The notes under the pieces were generated by a model that saw only the letters and a program-made list of their open reading frames with translations, ran no database searches and was not told the DNA's origin. The translations under genes were made by a program, and so were the position numbers. Positions 28,650-36,313 of a DNA stretch of 64,000 nucleotides are shown here, one piece after another. This DNA comes from Clostridia bacterium (GTDB taxonomy: Bacteria > Bacillota > Clostridia > TANB77 > RGIG9151): positions 4,035 to 68,034 of the forward strand of contig JAFSUW010000012.1 of the NCBI GenBank assembly GCA_017450465.1, written 5' to 3'. How positions within the stretch are numbered: the first letter of the stretch is position 1; every line of letters begins with the position of its first letter.

Positions 28650-30564
28650 TAAAACGCTTATATTAAATAATTTATCAGGATTTTGGTGGTGTAGTGCACT
28701 TTGTACTTTGTTAATATTTTTAATAGTGCCATTTAGGATTTTAAATATTGACTTAAGATATTATTCTAAAACATATTCAATGATGTCGGATTATTATGCA
28801 ACAGTAGCAATATACTTTGCATACGCAGTAGCTGTTGCTGCACTTATTTTTAGGTATTTACAAACTTCTAAAGCGGTAACGCTTATGCATAGTATGCCTT
28901 TTACACGACTCGGTTTATATATAAATCACTGGATTAGTGGATTTATAATAATTATGATTCCTTTAGTAATAAATTTAAGTATATTATTTTTGATACAAGG
29001 ATTTACTAAATTTAACTCGATACTGCTTATAAGTAGTATATGGAAATGGTTTTTATTAAGTACTATGATTTCCGTCACACTATATTCTATTGCTGTAATG
29101 GTAGGTACGTTTACTGGTAGTAGTATTGCTCAAATTGTTTTTACATATATACTAAATGTGTTACCAGTAGGATTGTATGCATTAGCTTATATGTTATTAC
29201 AAGGTCTTGTGTATGGGTTAAAAATTAATGATTGGTATGGTACTAGTCTACTTAAACTAATGCCGATTACACAAAATTTAGAAGAAAGTTTGTGGTATTT
29301 AAAAGATTACAAGAGCATTATTATAATTAATATAGTTTTGTTAATTTTATCAATTGTTATTGGATATTTTGTTTACAAGGCAAGAAAATTAGAACGTGCT
29401 GGTGATGTAATAAGTAATGGGGTACTCCGCCCAATATTTAAATATGGTGTAACAGTATGTGTAATGGCTGTTGGAGTAACTTATATTAAATATATAATTA
29501 ATGGGTTGCCAAATATTTTAATATATGTATTGTTTGCACTTTTAGGTTATGCAATAGCCCAGATGCTACTTATAAAATCACTTAAAATACAAAAATATTA
29601 TAAGGGATTTTTAGGATTCTTAGCAGTTTTATTTGTTGCAGCACTTGTAGTGAAATTTGATTTAACTGGTTTTGAAAGAAGAGTACCAAATGTAGAAGAT
29701 GTAGATGCAGTTGTTATTGGATATTATTCAAATATTAAAGATGTAAATTTTGATACATTAAAAAGCAAAAGTGGTGGAGCCGTTTTGGCTGACAAAGATA
29801 ATATAAAATCTGTAGTAGATATTCATAAATATCTTATAAAAAATAGACCACAAGATGAATTATATTGGAACTATTCTATAGCATATAAACTTAAAAATGG
29901 AAAGATTATTGAAAGAGATTATCCAATTAGCGAAGAAAAATATGAAGAATATTTTAGGGATATTTATAAATCAAAGGAATACAAGTTACAAAGAAGCGGA
30001 CTATTTTTATATGATGAAGCAGATCTTGGCAATGTGCAAATAAGAAACAAAAATGAGGATGTCGTAAAATTAACTTATGATCAAGGAAAAGAATTTTTAA
30101 AACTCGCTAAGAGTAGAGTGTTAGAAAGTGATTATGAATTAAAAGAGAATGTAGTAGGCCCATATTTGTATGAATTAGAGTTTGAGTTTGAAATAGACAT
30201 TAAGAAAGATGAATCGCTTAAACCATATACATATATGGATAGTACAATGGCTACTAAATCTTATTGCCCTGTAACATTCTATGTAAAGCGAGAAGATACA
30301 GAACTTGTGAATGCTATAAGAAACTTTATAGAGCCAATTACTCTAGATAATATACAGTATTTGAGACTTTCTAAAGAAACGCAAGTCTCTAACCATGTTA
30401 TAGAACATGAGTCAATAAGGGAAATACGTGATAAGGATGAAATGAAAGATATTATATCAAAGATAGAATATGATAATACAAAAGATTTAGAAGAATATTA
30501 TGGAGTTTATGCAATGAGTTATAGAGGGTATGAATCTTACTTAGGTGAAATCCTCACACTATGA
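28624..30564 (+). CDS. Large ABC-associated membrane protein with a roughly 290-aa C-terminal soluble domain. Start moved to the ATG behind a GGAGG RBS.
   Basis: About ten hydrophobic helices followed by a hydrophilic tail. Overlaps the ATPase stop. Confidence 0.6.
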   Translation: MKSKKSFFNKTLILNNLSGFWWCSALCTLLIFLIVPFRILNIDLRYYSKTYSMMSDYYATVAIYFAYAVAVAALIFRYLQTSKAVTLMHSMPFTRLGLYINHWISGFIIIMIPLVINLSILFLIQGFTKFNSILLISSIWKWFLLSTMISVTLYSIAVMVGTFTGSSIAQIVFTYILNVLPVGLYALAYMLLQGLVYGLKINDWYGTSLLKLMPITQNLEESLWYLKDYKSIIIINIVLLILSIVIGYFVYKARKLERAGDVISNGVLRPIFKYGVTVCVMAVGVTYIKYIINGLPNILIYVLFALLGYAIAQMLLIKSLKIQKYYKGFLGFLAVLFVAALVVKFDLTGFERRVPNVEDVDAVVIGYYSNIKDVNFDTLKSKSGGAVLADKDNIKSVVDIHKYLIKNRPQDELYWNYSIAYKLKNGKIIERDYPISEEKYEEYFRDIYKSKEYKLQRSGLFLYDEADLGNVQIRNKNEDVVKLTYDQGKEFLKLAKSRVLESDYELKENVVGPYLYELEFEFEIDIKKDESLKPYTYMDSTMATKSYCPVTFYVKREDTELVNAIRNFIEPITLDNIQYLRLSKETQVSNHVIEHESIREIRDKDEMKDIISKIEYDNTKDLEEYYGVYAMSYRGYESYLGEILTL

Positions 30565-30571
30565 TTTTTTA

Positions 30572-30601
30572 GGGCTAGTAGTACACTAGCCCGTTTTTTT
30601 A
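30572..30601 (+). terminator. Rho-independent terminator
   Basis: gggctagt-agtac-actagccc followed by T7. Confidence 0.75.
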
Positions 30602-30621
30602 AAATTTTCTTAAAATATCTA

Positions 30622-30669
30622 TTGACAAAGAACGGATGTTCGAGTATTATATTTATAGAACAAACGTTC
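30622..30669 (+). promoter_or_regulatory. Sigma-A promoter carrying two LexA (Cheo) boxes
   Basis: TTGACA (30622-27), 17-nt spacer, TATTAT (30645-50). GAACGGATGTTC at 30630-41 and GAACAAACGTTC at 30658-69 both fit GAAC-RNRY-GTTC. Confidence 0.65.
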
Positions 30670-30683
30670 GAGGAGGAGATATT

Positions 30684-30971
30684 ATGAAAAAGAAAATATA
30701 TTTGAAGAATCCAGAAAGGTTAATAATTTGTATAGTAATATTGTTCTTTATACTATTTGGTATATTTGGTTTTCAAAATGTATCTCTTGGTGAAAGCGTA
30801 CCAAACTACATAACTATTAAAGTATCAAAAGGCGATACACTTTGGACAATAGCAAGCGACTATGTAAAAGATGGGGAAGACATTCGTGATGTTATTGCTG
30901 AAATAAAAGAATTAAATAATTTGAAAAATTCTAATATAAAAGTAGGTCAAGAATTAACAATAAAGGTATAA
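30684..30971 (+). CDS. TM + LysM domain protein, candidate YneA-like SOS-induced division inhibitor. Start moved to the ATG behind an AGGAGG RBS.
   Basis: About 95 aa: N-terminal TM helix, then LysM 'ITIKVSKGDTLWTIASDY...IKVGQELTI'. Confidence 0.6.
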   Translation: MKKKIYLKNPERLIICIVILFFILFGIFGFQNVSLGESVPNYITIKVSKGDTLWTIASDYVKDGEDIRDVIAEIKELNNLKNSNIKVGQELTIKV

Positions 30972-30994
30972 AAAATAGCAATAGATGCATAATA

Positions 30995-31020
30995 ACAGTA
31001 GCGGCGAACTAGAGTTCGTC
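30995..31020 (+). repeat. TGTAG-like + hairpin element; also a CGAAC-N4-GTTCG palindrome
   Basis: acagtaGCGGCGAACTagAGTTCGTC. Confidence 0.4.
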
Positions 31021-31040
31021 ATCATACAAAAGGAGTTATT

Positions 31041-31289
31041 ATGAAATATAACATAATTGCTATTGTAATGAGAAATAGGTTAAATAGCGCACCAGAATTT
31101 CAAGAAATATTAAGTAAATATGGGTGTATAATAAATCTTCGCATAGGTTACCATGAAAAGGTACCAAATGCATGTTCAAACGAAGGACTTATAATACTTG
31201 AATTATCTGATGAAAAAGGAGAAATAGAAAAGCTTATAGAGGAGCTAAATACAATAGAAGGATTAAGAATAAAAAATATGATGATATAA
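31041..31289 (+). CDS. Small ACT/NikR-C-like protein resembling the TM1266 family (putative iron-only hydrogenase system regulator)
   Basis: 82 aa: 'IIAIVMRNR....EFQEILSKYG.II..RIGY' and 'GLIILEL...GEIEKLIEELN.IEGLRIK', matched from memory to the TM1266 pattern. Confidence 0.45.
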   Translation: MKYNIIAIVMRNRLNSAPEFQEILSKYGCIINLRIGYHEKVPNACSNEGLIILELSDEKGEIEKLIEELNTIEGLRIKNMMI

Positions 31290-31373
31290 TTAAATATTAA
31301 TTGATAATAACCAAATATTATTGTATAATAAATCCGTATGATTTTAAATTTTACCACTCTAGGGGGTTAACAT

Positions 31374-33278
31374 ATGAAAAGATTTATAATAATATTTGGT
31401 TCGTTATTATTAATATCAGTGATTTTTTATTTTGCAAAACCACTTGCAAGAAATAATTATAAAGCATGGGCTGCAACAACTTTAGCTGCATCAGAAGCAG
31501 CAAATAAAGAAAACGCAGAAAAAGAAAAAGTAGAAAAGTTTACTGTAGTAGTTGTAGGAAGCGACCCAGAAGGCATAACGGCCGCAATATCAGCAGCAAG
31601 AAGTGGAGCAAATACTGTACTACTTGGTGAACAAGATGCACCTGGTGGCTTATTTACTTATGGTATGTTAAACACAATAGATATGAATAGAGATGGCAAT
31701 GGTGATGTTGTTACAAGGGGCATTTTTAATGAATTTTACTTAAAACTAGGCAATACAGAATCATTTGATGTCGAAAGAGCAAAGTCAGTATTTTTGGAAA
31801 TGATAGAGGCAGAACCAAGATTAACATATAGACCTGGTTATACATTTGTTGCACCGATAATGGATGGAAACACAATAAAAGGTGTTACTATGCAAAATTT
31901 GTTGGGCGATAAAGTTGACTTTATGGGTACAATTATTATAGACGCAACTCAGGACGGTGACGTTGCAGCGGCCGCTGGTGCAGATTATACAGTAGGCATG
32001 GAAGATGTTAATTTAGAAGCAAATATGGCAGCAACATTAGTGTTCAAAATAAAAGGTGTTGATTGGGCTTTGCTTGCTAAAGATGTTTCTGCATATAAGG
32101 CTAAAACAAATGATACAAATTGTGGAATAAATAGAAGCACAGCATGGGGATTTGGTAAATGGTGCTATAATAAATATAAACCATTACACAGTAATATGAG
32201 GTTAAGAGGTCCAAACTTAGGTTTACAAGATGATGGAACAGTTTTAGTAAATGCTCTTCAAATATTAGATGTAGATGGCTTAAATAAAGAGAGCGTAAAA
32301 AAGGCAATAGAAGAAGGAGAAGTTGAGGCAAAAAATGCATTAGAATACTTAAAAGGGTTACTTCCTTCTTTTGAAAATGCAGAATTTGTTGGTATCGCTG
32401 ACGAACTTTATATAAGAGAGACACGTCATATAAAAGGTGAATATGTTTTAAGTGTTACCGATATTTTGGATAACACAAACTTCTATGATAAAATTGCTTT
32501 AGCATCATATCCAATAGATGTTCAAACTAATACAGCAACAAGTACAGGATATGTAATTGGTTCTCCTACTGTATATAGTATACCGCTCAGATGCTTAGTA
32601 CCATTAAAAATAGATAATATATTTGTTGTTGGTAAATCGGCATCGTATACTTCTTCAGCTGCAGGAAGTGCGAGAGTTGTTCCTGTAGGAATGGTAGAAG
32701 GTGAATCAGCAGGTACAGCTGCAGTTTATTGTGCAGTATATAACTTAACTCCAAGAGAACTTTGCAAAAATATAGTTTATATGGATGGTTTAACAACAAT
32801 CTTAAGAAACCAAGGTGTATATTTACCTGAATTTGAATATAAGAGTAATATACCAAATGTTTTAGGACTTCAAAAGATTAAGAAATTAATAAACTTAGGT
32901 TTTATGAGTGGTGGATACAATAACGATTTTAGGTTCGAAGACGTGCCAAAGGTATCAACTTTCTGTGTTGCTTTAATAAATGGTTTACAACGAACTGAAA
33001 AGGAACAGTATAATTATACAAATATAAGTAAAATAAAAAGATATTATTCAGAAGAAGACGACCTTACAAGCATGGTGGCAGGTAAAATAATTTTGTCATT
33101 ATTTGACATAGATACCACAAATTTATCTGATGAAGAGACATGGCAACTTATTATAGAAAATAAATGTTTTGACGATATGTATGAAGTAATAAGAAAAGAT
33201 CAAAAGTTGAACAAAAGACAGTTATATGTTCTTACAGTAAATACATTAGAAAGATTTTTGGGGAGAGAAATAGGCTAA
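31374..33278 (+). CDS. Secreted FAD-dependent-oxidoreductase-family protein (PF12831-like) with a degenerate dinucleotide-binding motif
   Basis: Signal/TM helix. 'VVVVGSDPEGITAAISAARSG...GG...GMLN' and 'YIRETRHI.GEY'. Rossmann-like order, but GSDPEG replaces GxGxxG. Confidence 0.65.
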   Translation: MKRFIIIFGSLLLISVIFYFAKPLARNNYKAWAATTLAASEAANKENAEKEKVEKFTVVVVGSDPEGITAAISAARSGANTVLLGEQDAPGGLFTYGMLNTIDMNRDGNGDVVTRGIFNEFYLKLGNTESFDVERAKSVFLEMIEAEPRLTYRPGYTFVAPIMDGNTIKGVTMQNLLGDKVDFMGTIIIDATQDGDVAAAAGADYTVGMEDVNLEANMAATLVFKIKGVDWALLAKDVSAYKAKTNDTNCGINRSTAWGFGKWCYNKYKPLHSNMRLRGPNLGLQDDGTVLVNALQILDVDGLNKESVKKAIEEGEVEAKNALEYLKGLLPSFENAEFVGIADELYIRETRHIKGEYVLSVTDILDNTNFYDKIALASYPIDVQTNTATSTGYVIGSPTVYSIPLRCLVPLKIDNIFVVGKSASYTSSAAGSARVVPVGMVEGESAGTAAVYCAVYNLTPRELCKNIVYMDGLTTILRNQGVYLPEFEYKSNIPNVLGLQKIKKLINLGFMSGGYNNDFRFEDVPKVSTFCVALINGLQRTEKEQYNYTNISKIKRYYSEEDDLTSMVAGKIILSLFDIDTTNLSDEETWQLIIENKCFDDMYEVIRKDQKLNKRQLYVLTVNTLERFLGREIG

Positions 33279-35356
33279 TGAAAAAAATCATACTAAGTTT
33301 AATGTGTGCTATACTACTAATGATATCGTTTTCAAGTGCAATAATAACAAAAGACGATGTGAAATATGTTTCAATACCTGAAATGAAAGATTTATGGGGA
33401 ATAAATGCAAATTTGATGGAACGTTCTGGACTTATCGAAGTAAAAAATGGTACAGAATGCTATTACTTGCAAATAGACAATACTCGTTTAGTAAGTAATA
33501 TGAAATTAAATCCTTTCTTTATGAATATAGAAGGGTTCAAAATAAAAGGAAATGGGCGTATTCAGAATGCACCATTTAATGAAAACAACGAGACATATAT
33601 TCCATTAGAATTTGTATACAATTTAATTCATAAAGAAAACGAATACGATATAATTGTTGTAAGTTCTGAGCCAGAAGGAATTGCAGCAGCAGTTTCTGCA
33701 GCAAGGCAAGGCGCAAAGGTCTTACTTTTAGGCAACGAATCAACTCCGGGCGGATTACTTGTTCATGGTATGCTAAATACTTTAGACATGAATCGTGATA
33801 AAAATGGTAATCTACTTACGCAAGGTATTTTTGAAGAGTTTTATAACGAAATAGGTAGAACAGAATCATTTGATATAAAACGTGCGGAAAAATTTTTTAC
33901 AAATTTAATAAATAACGAGCCAGCAATTACATATAAGGCAAATCAGCATAATGTAGAGCCAATTTTGGAGGGCAACAAAATTGTTGGTGTAACAGTAACT
34001 GAGAATGATGTAAAAACCGAATATCATTCAAAAATAGTAATTGATGCAACTCCAGATGGTGATATATGCTATCTAGCAGGTGTTCCACATTATACAGGAT
34101 TAGAAGACATGAACATAAAAGATGCATACATGGCTGTAACACTAGTGTTTAGTGTATCTGGTGTTGATTGGAGCGAACTTGCAAAAGATGTTAACCGTTA
34201 TAGGAATGAAACAGGCGATATAAACTGTGGTATAAATGAAAGTTCTGCTTGGGCATTTGGTAAGTGGTGCTATGATAAGTACAAGCCAGTGTTTAACAAC
34301 ATGAAACTTCGTGGGTTAAATATAGGCAAGCAAGAAGATGGAACCATATTAATAAATGCATTGCAAGCACTTGGAATAAATGGACTTGATAAGAATAGTA
34401 TAAATTCTGCTAAAAATTATAGTAGAAAAGAAATAGAAAACGTAATAAAGTACTTGCGTACAATTTTACCATCGTTTTCTAATGCTTATCTTGCTGGAAC
34501 AGCAGACGAATTATATATAAGAGAAACACGTCATATACAAGGTGAATATGTAGTTAGTGCTAGTGAACTTTTAAGCAGTACATATTTTGAAGATGCAATA
34601 GCAGCAGGTTCATATCCTATAGATATACAGTCAATAAGTGTAAATGATAATGGCTTTGTAATAGGTGTACCAACTTGTTACACAGTACCATATCGTGCAA
34701 CAGTGCCACTTAATGTAGAAAATCTATATATTATTGGTAAATCCGCTTCATATAGTTCAGTAGCAGCAGGAAGTTTAAGAGTAGTTCCAGTTGGAATGAG
34801 TGTAGGAGAATCAATAGGAATAGCAGCGGTATATGCAATAAGCAATAATGTGACACCAAGGCAGATTGCAAAAGATTTCAATTTAGTACACGAAGTACAA
34901 AAAATTGCAAAAGAAAAAGGTGTATATATTCCACCATATAAAATGCCAGAGAAGTTTTCAAGTTCGGAATATTTTGAAGCAATATCTAGTTTGGTAGACT
35001 ATGGAATAATAGGTGGTGGCTATAAAAACGACTTTGAAGAAAAGAGCGAAGCACAAGTAGCGAAATTTATAAGGATAGTATCAGAAATATTATTAAGAAG
35101 CGGAAAAGAAACCCAAAAATATGCTGAGATAAAAGAAAAATTAATGAAGTATAACGACATTGAAAAATTAACAGGAGAAGTAGTAGCATATATGTTATTA
35201 GAAATAAAAGATGAAGAAATGGGAGTAGTAGATGGCTTTACTTTAGCACAGCAAAAAGGATACTTTAGTACAATAAAAAGGCCTATATATCGCAATGATA
35301 CACTTACGAATGAAGAGATGTATGAAATTGCATATAGATTTATGATGAACTATTAG
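33278..35356 (+). CDS. Paralog of 31374-33278 with an extra roughly 120-aa N-terminal domain
   Basis: ATGA start/stop overlap. 'IIVVSSEPEGIAAAVSAARQG' and long collinear similarity to the upstream gene. Confidence 0.65.
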   Translation: MKKIILSLMCAILLMISFSSAIITKDDVKYVSIPEMKDLWGINANLMERSGLIEVKNGTECYYLQIDNTRLVSNMKLNPFFMNIEGFKIKGNGRIQNAPFNENNETYIPLEFVYNLIHKENEYDIIVVSSEPEGIAAAVSAARQGAKVLLLGNESTPGGLLVHGMLNTLDMNRDKNGNLLTQGIFEEFYNEIGRTESFDIKRAEKFFTNLINNEPAITYKANQHNVEPILEGNKIVGVTVTENDVKTEYHSKIVIDATPDGDICYLAGVPHYTGLEDMNIKDAYMAVTLVFSVSGVDWSELAKDVNRYRNETGDINCGINESSAWAFGKWCYDKYKPVFNNMKLRGLNIGKQEDGTILINALQALGINGLDKNSINSAKNYSRKEIENVIKYLRTILPSFSNAYLAGTADELYIRETRHIQGEYVVSASELLSSTYFEDAIAAGSYPIDIQSISVNDNGFVIGVPTCYTVPYRATVPLNVENLYIIGKSASYSSVAAGSLRVVPVGMSVGESIGIAAVYAISNNVTPRQIAKDFNLVHEVQKIAKEKGVYIPPYKMPEKFSSSEYFEAISSLVDYGIIGGGYKNDFEEKSEAQVAKFIRIVSEILLRSGKETQKYAEIKEKLMKYNDIEKLTGEVVAYMLLEIKDEEMGVVDGFTLAQQKGYFSTIKRPIYRNDTLTNEEMYEIAYRFMMNY

Positions 35357-35399
35357 ATAATTAATGTTTGACTATATGATTATTAGTGGGTGCTACAAA

Positions 35400-35431
35400 T
35401 TTGTAGCGGAGCACATTGCACATTGTGCTCC
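35400..35431 (+). repeat. TGTAG + G-rich hairpin element
   Basis: tttgtagCGGAGCACAttgcacatTGTGCTCC, preceded by the palindrome gctacaaatttgtagc. Confidence 0.45.
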
Positions 35432-35435
35432 ATAA

Positions 35436-35653
35436 AACTTAAACAAAACATTAAACAAATAACGCTCACAAACACTTCGTTTTTTGCATTTCTTGCCAAA
35501 ACAAATGGTGGTCGCTCACATGACGACATCCGTGTTGCATCCTCGCTCAAAAAAGCATCCGGCTTTTTTGACCACCATAAGCTGTTTTGGAGAAATGTAA
35601 AAAACTACGTTAAAGTTCGCTTATATTTTGTTTAACGTTTTGTTTAGTTAAAT
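35436..35653. repeat. Roughly 218-bp imperfect palindrome (long rod-like hairpin): MITE-like element or structured RNA
   Basis: Arms 35436-35513 and 35570-35653 pair in three blocks (about 27, 22 and 8 bp), interrupted by an internal loop of about 20 nt per side. Confidence 0.7.
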
Positions 35654-35662
35654 ATGTTCAAA

Positions 35663-35690
35663 GTTGTAGTGGCCGATGACCACATCGGCC
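35663..35690 (+). repeat. TGTAG + G-rich hairpin element
   Basis: gttgtagtGGCCGATGaccaCATCGGCC. Confidence 0.45.
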
Positions 35691-35752
35691 AAATTGCGAA
35701 GCAACATTTCTATCTTATGAATATTAATTTATTAAATTTAATATATTCATAC

Positions 35753-35781
35753 TTGAAAAATAAGCATTAATATGCTATTAT
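35753..35781 (+). promoter_or_regulatory. Promoter of the tRNA cluster
   Basis: TTGAAA, 17-nt spacer, TATTAT, about 10 nt upstream of tRNA-Gln. Confidence 0.5.
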
Positions 35782-35791
35782 AATATTCGAT

Positions 35792-35865
35792 TGCAGAATT
35801 GTGTAATGGTAGCACAAATGACTCTGACTCATTTAGTCTAGGTTCGAATCCTAGTTCTGCAGCCA
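35792..35865 (+). tRNA. tRNA-Gln (anticodon CTG)
   Basis: Acceptor TGCAGAA/TTCTGCA, anticodon loop CTCTGAC, T-arm CTAGG-TTCGAAT-CCTAG, encoded CCA. Confidence 0.85.
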
Positions 35866-35868
35866 TAT

Positions 35869-35943
35869 GGCGCATTTGTCTAGTGGTTAGGACACCACCC
35901 TCTCACGGTGGGGACAGGGGTTCGACTCCCCTATGCGCTACCA
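35869..35943 (+). tRNA. tRNA-Glu (anticodon CTC)
   Basis: Anticodon arm CCACC-CTCTCAC-GGTGG, T-arm AGGGG-TTCGACT-CCCCT, encoded CCA. Confidence 0.85.
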
Positions 35944-35948
35944 TATAT

Positions 35949-36032
35949 GCGAATGTGCTGGAATTGGCAGACAGGCACGTTTGAGGGGCGTGTGTCCTTG
36001 ACGTACGGGTTCAAGTCCCGTCATTCGCACCA
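35949..36032 (+). tRNA. tRNA-Leu (anticodon GAG), long variable arm
   Basis: GCGAATG...GGAATTGGCAGAC D-arm, anticodon loop TTGAGGG, T-arm, CATTCGC-A-CCA. Confidence 0.85.
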
Positions 36033-36035
36033 AAA

Positions 36036-36060
36036 ACAACCGAAAGGTTGTTTTTTTTTT
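36036..36060 (+). terminator. Terminator of the tRNA cluster
   Basis: acaacc-gaaa-ggttgt followed by T10. Confidence 0.75.
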
Positions 36061-36108
36061 GTGCGAAGAGACGGTACGTAGAGCCCGTAGGGAGCAAAAA
36101 GTGAGGTT

Positions 36109-36192
36109 CCAAGAAGCCGAGTGAAACGAAGGCTGATTGGAAAACCGAAGTTACATCCAAGCGAAGCGAGGATCGAAACGTCATTCGCACCA
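36109..36192 (+). pseudogene. Decayed tRNA-Leu copy
   Basis: Keeps 'ggctgattggaaaac' (D-arm-like), 'ggatcgaaac' (T-loop-like) and an exact 'gtcattcgcacca' 3' end. The cloverleaf no longer folds. Confidence 0.4.
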
Positions 36193-36313
36193 AAGAAGCC
36201 CTCAGGTTGTTTTTTTGTGCGAAGAGATGGGACGCAGAACCCGTAGTGAAGAGTGAATGTAGCAATTGCAAACTAAAAACCAATATGATAAGATTATTTT
36301 GGAGGAATTAATT

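Larger units (their letters stand above)
36020..36258 (+). repeat. Tandem duplication with a 160-bp period, comprising the tRNA-Leu 3' end, terminator and downstream segment
   Basis: gtcattcgcacca...ggttgttttttt...gtgcgaagaga.gg.acg.aga.cccgtag occurs at 36020 and again at 36180, roughly 80% identical by eye. Confidence 0.7.

Noticed and set aside
35390-35635. 81-aa ORF across the long palindrome. Also the 61-aa ORF at 35799-35984 and the 90-aa ORF at 36011-36283(-).
   Set aside because: The first spans both arms of an inverted repeat. The second overlaps tRNA-Gln and tRNA-Glu. The third runs antisense through tRNA-Leu and its duplicated 3' region. None has an RBS or a recognisable domain.
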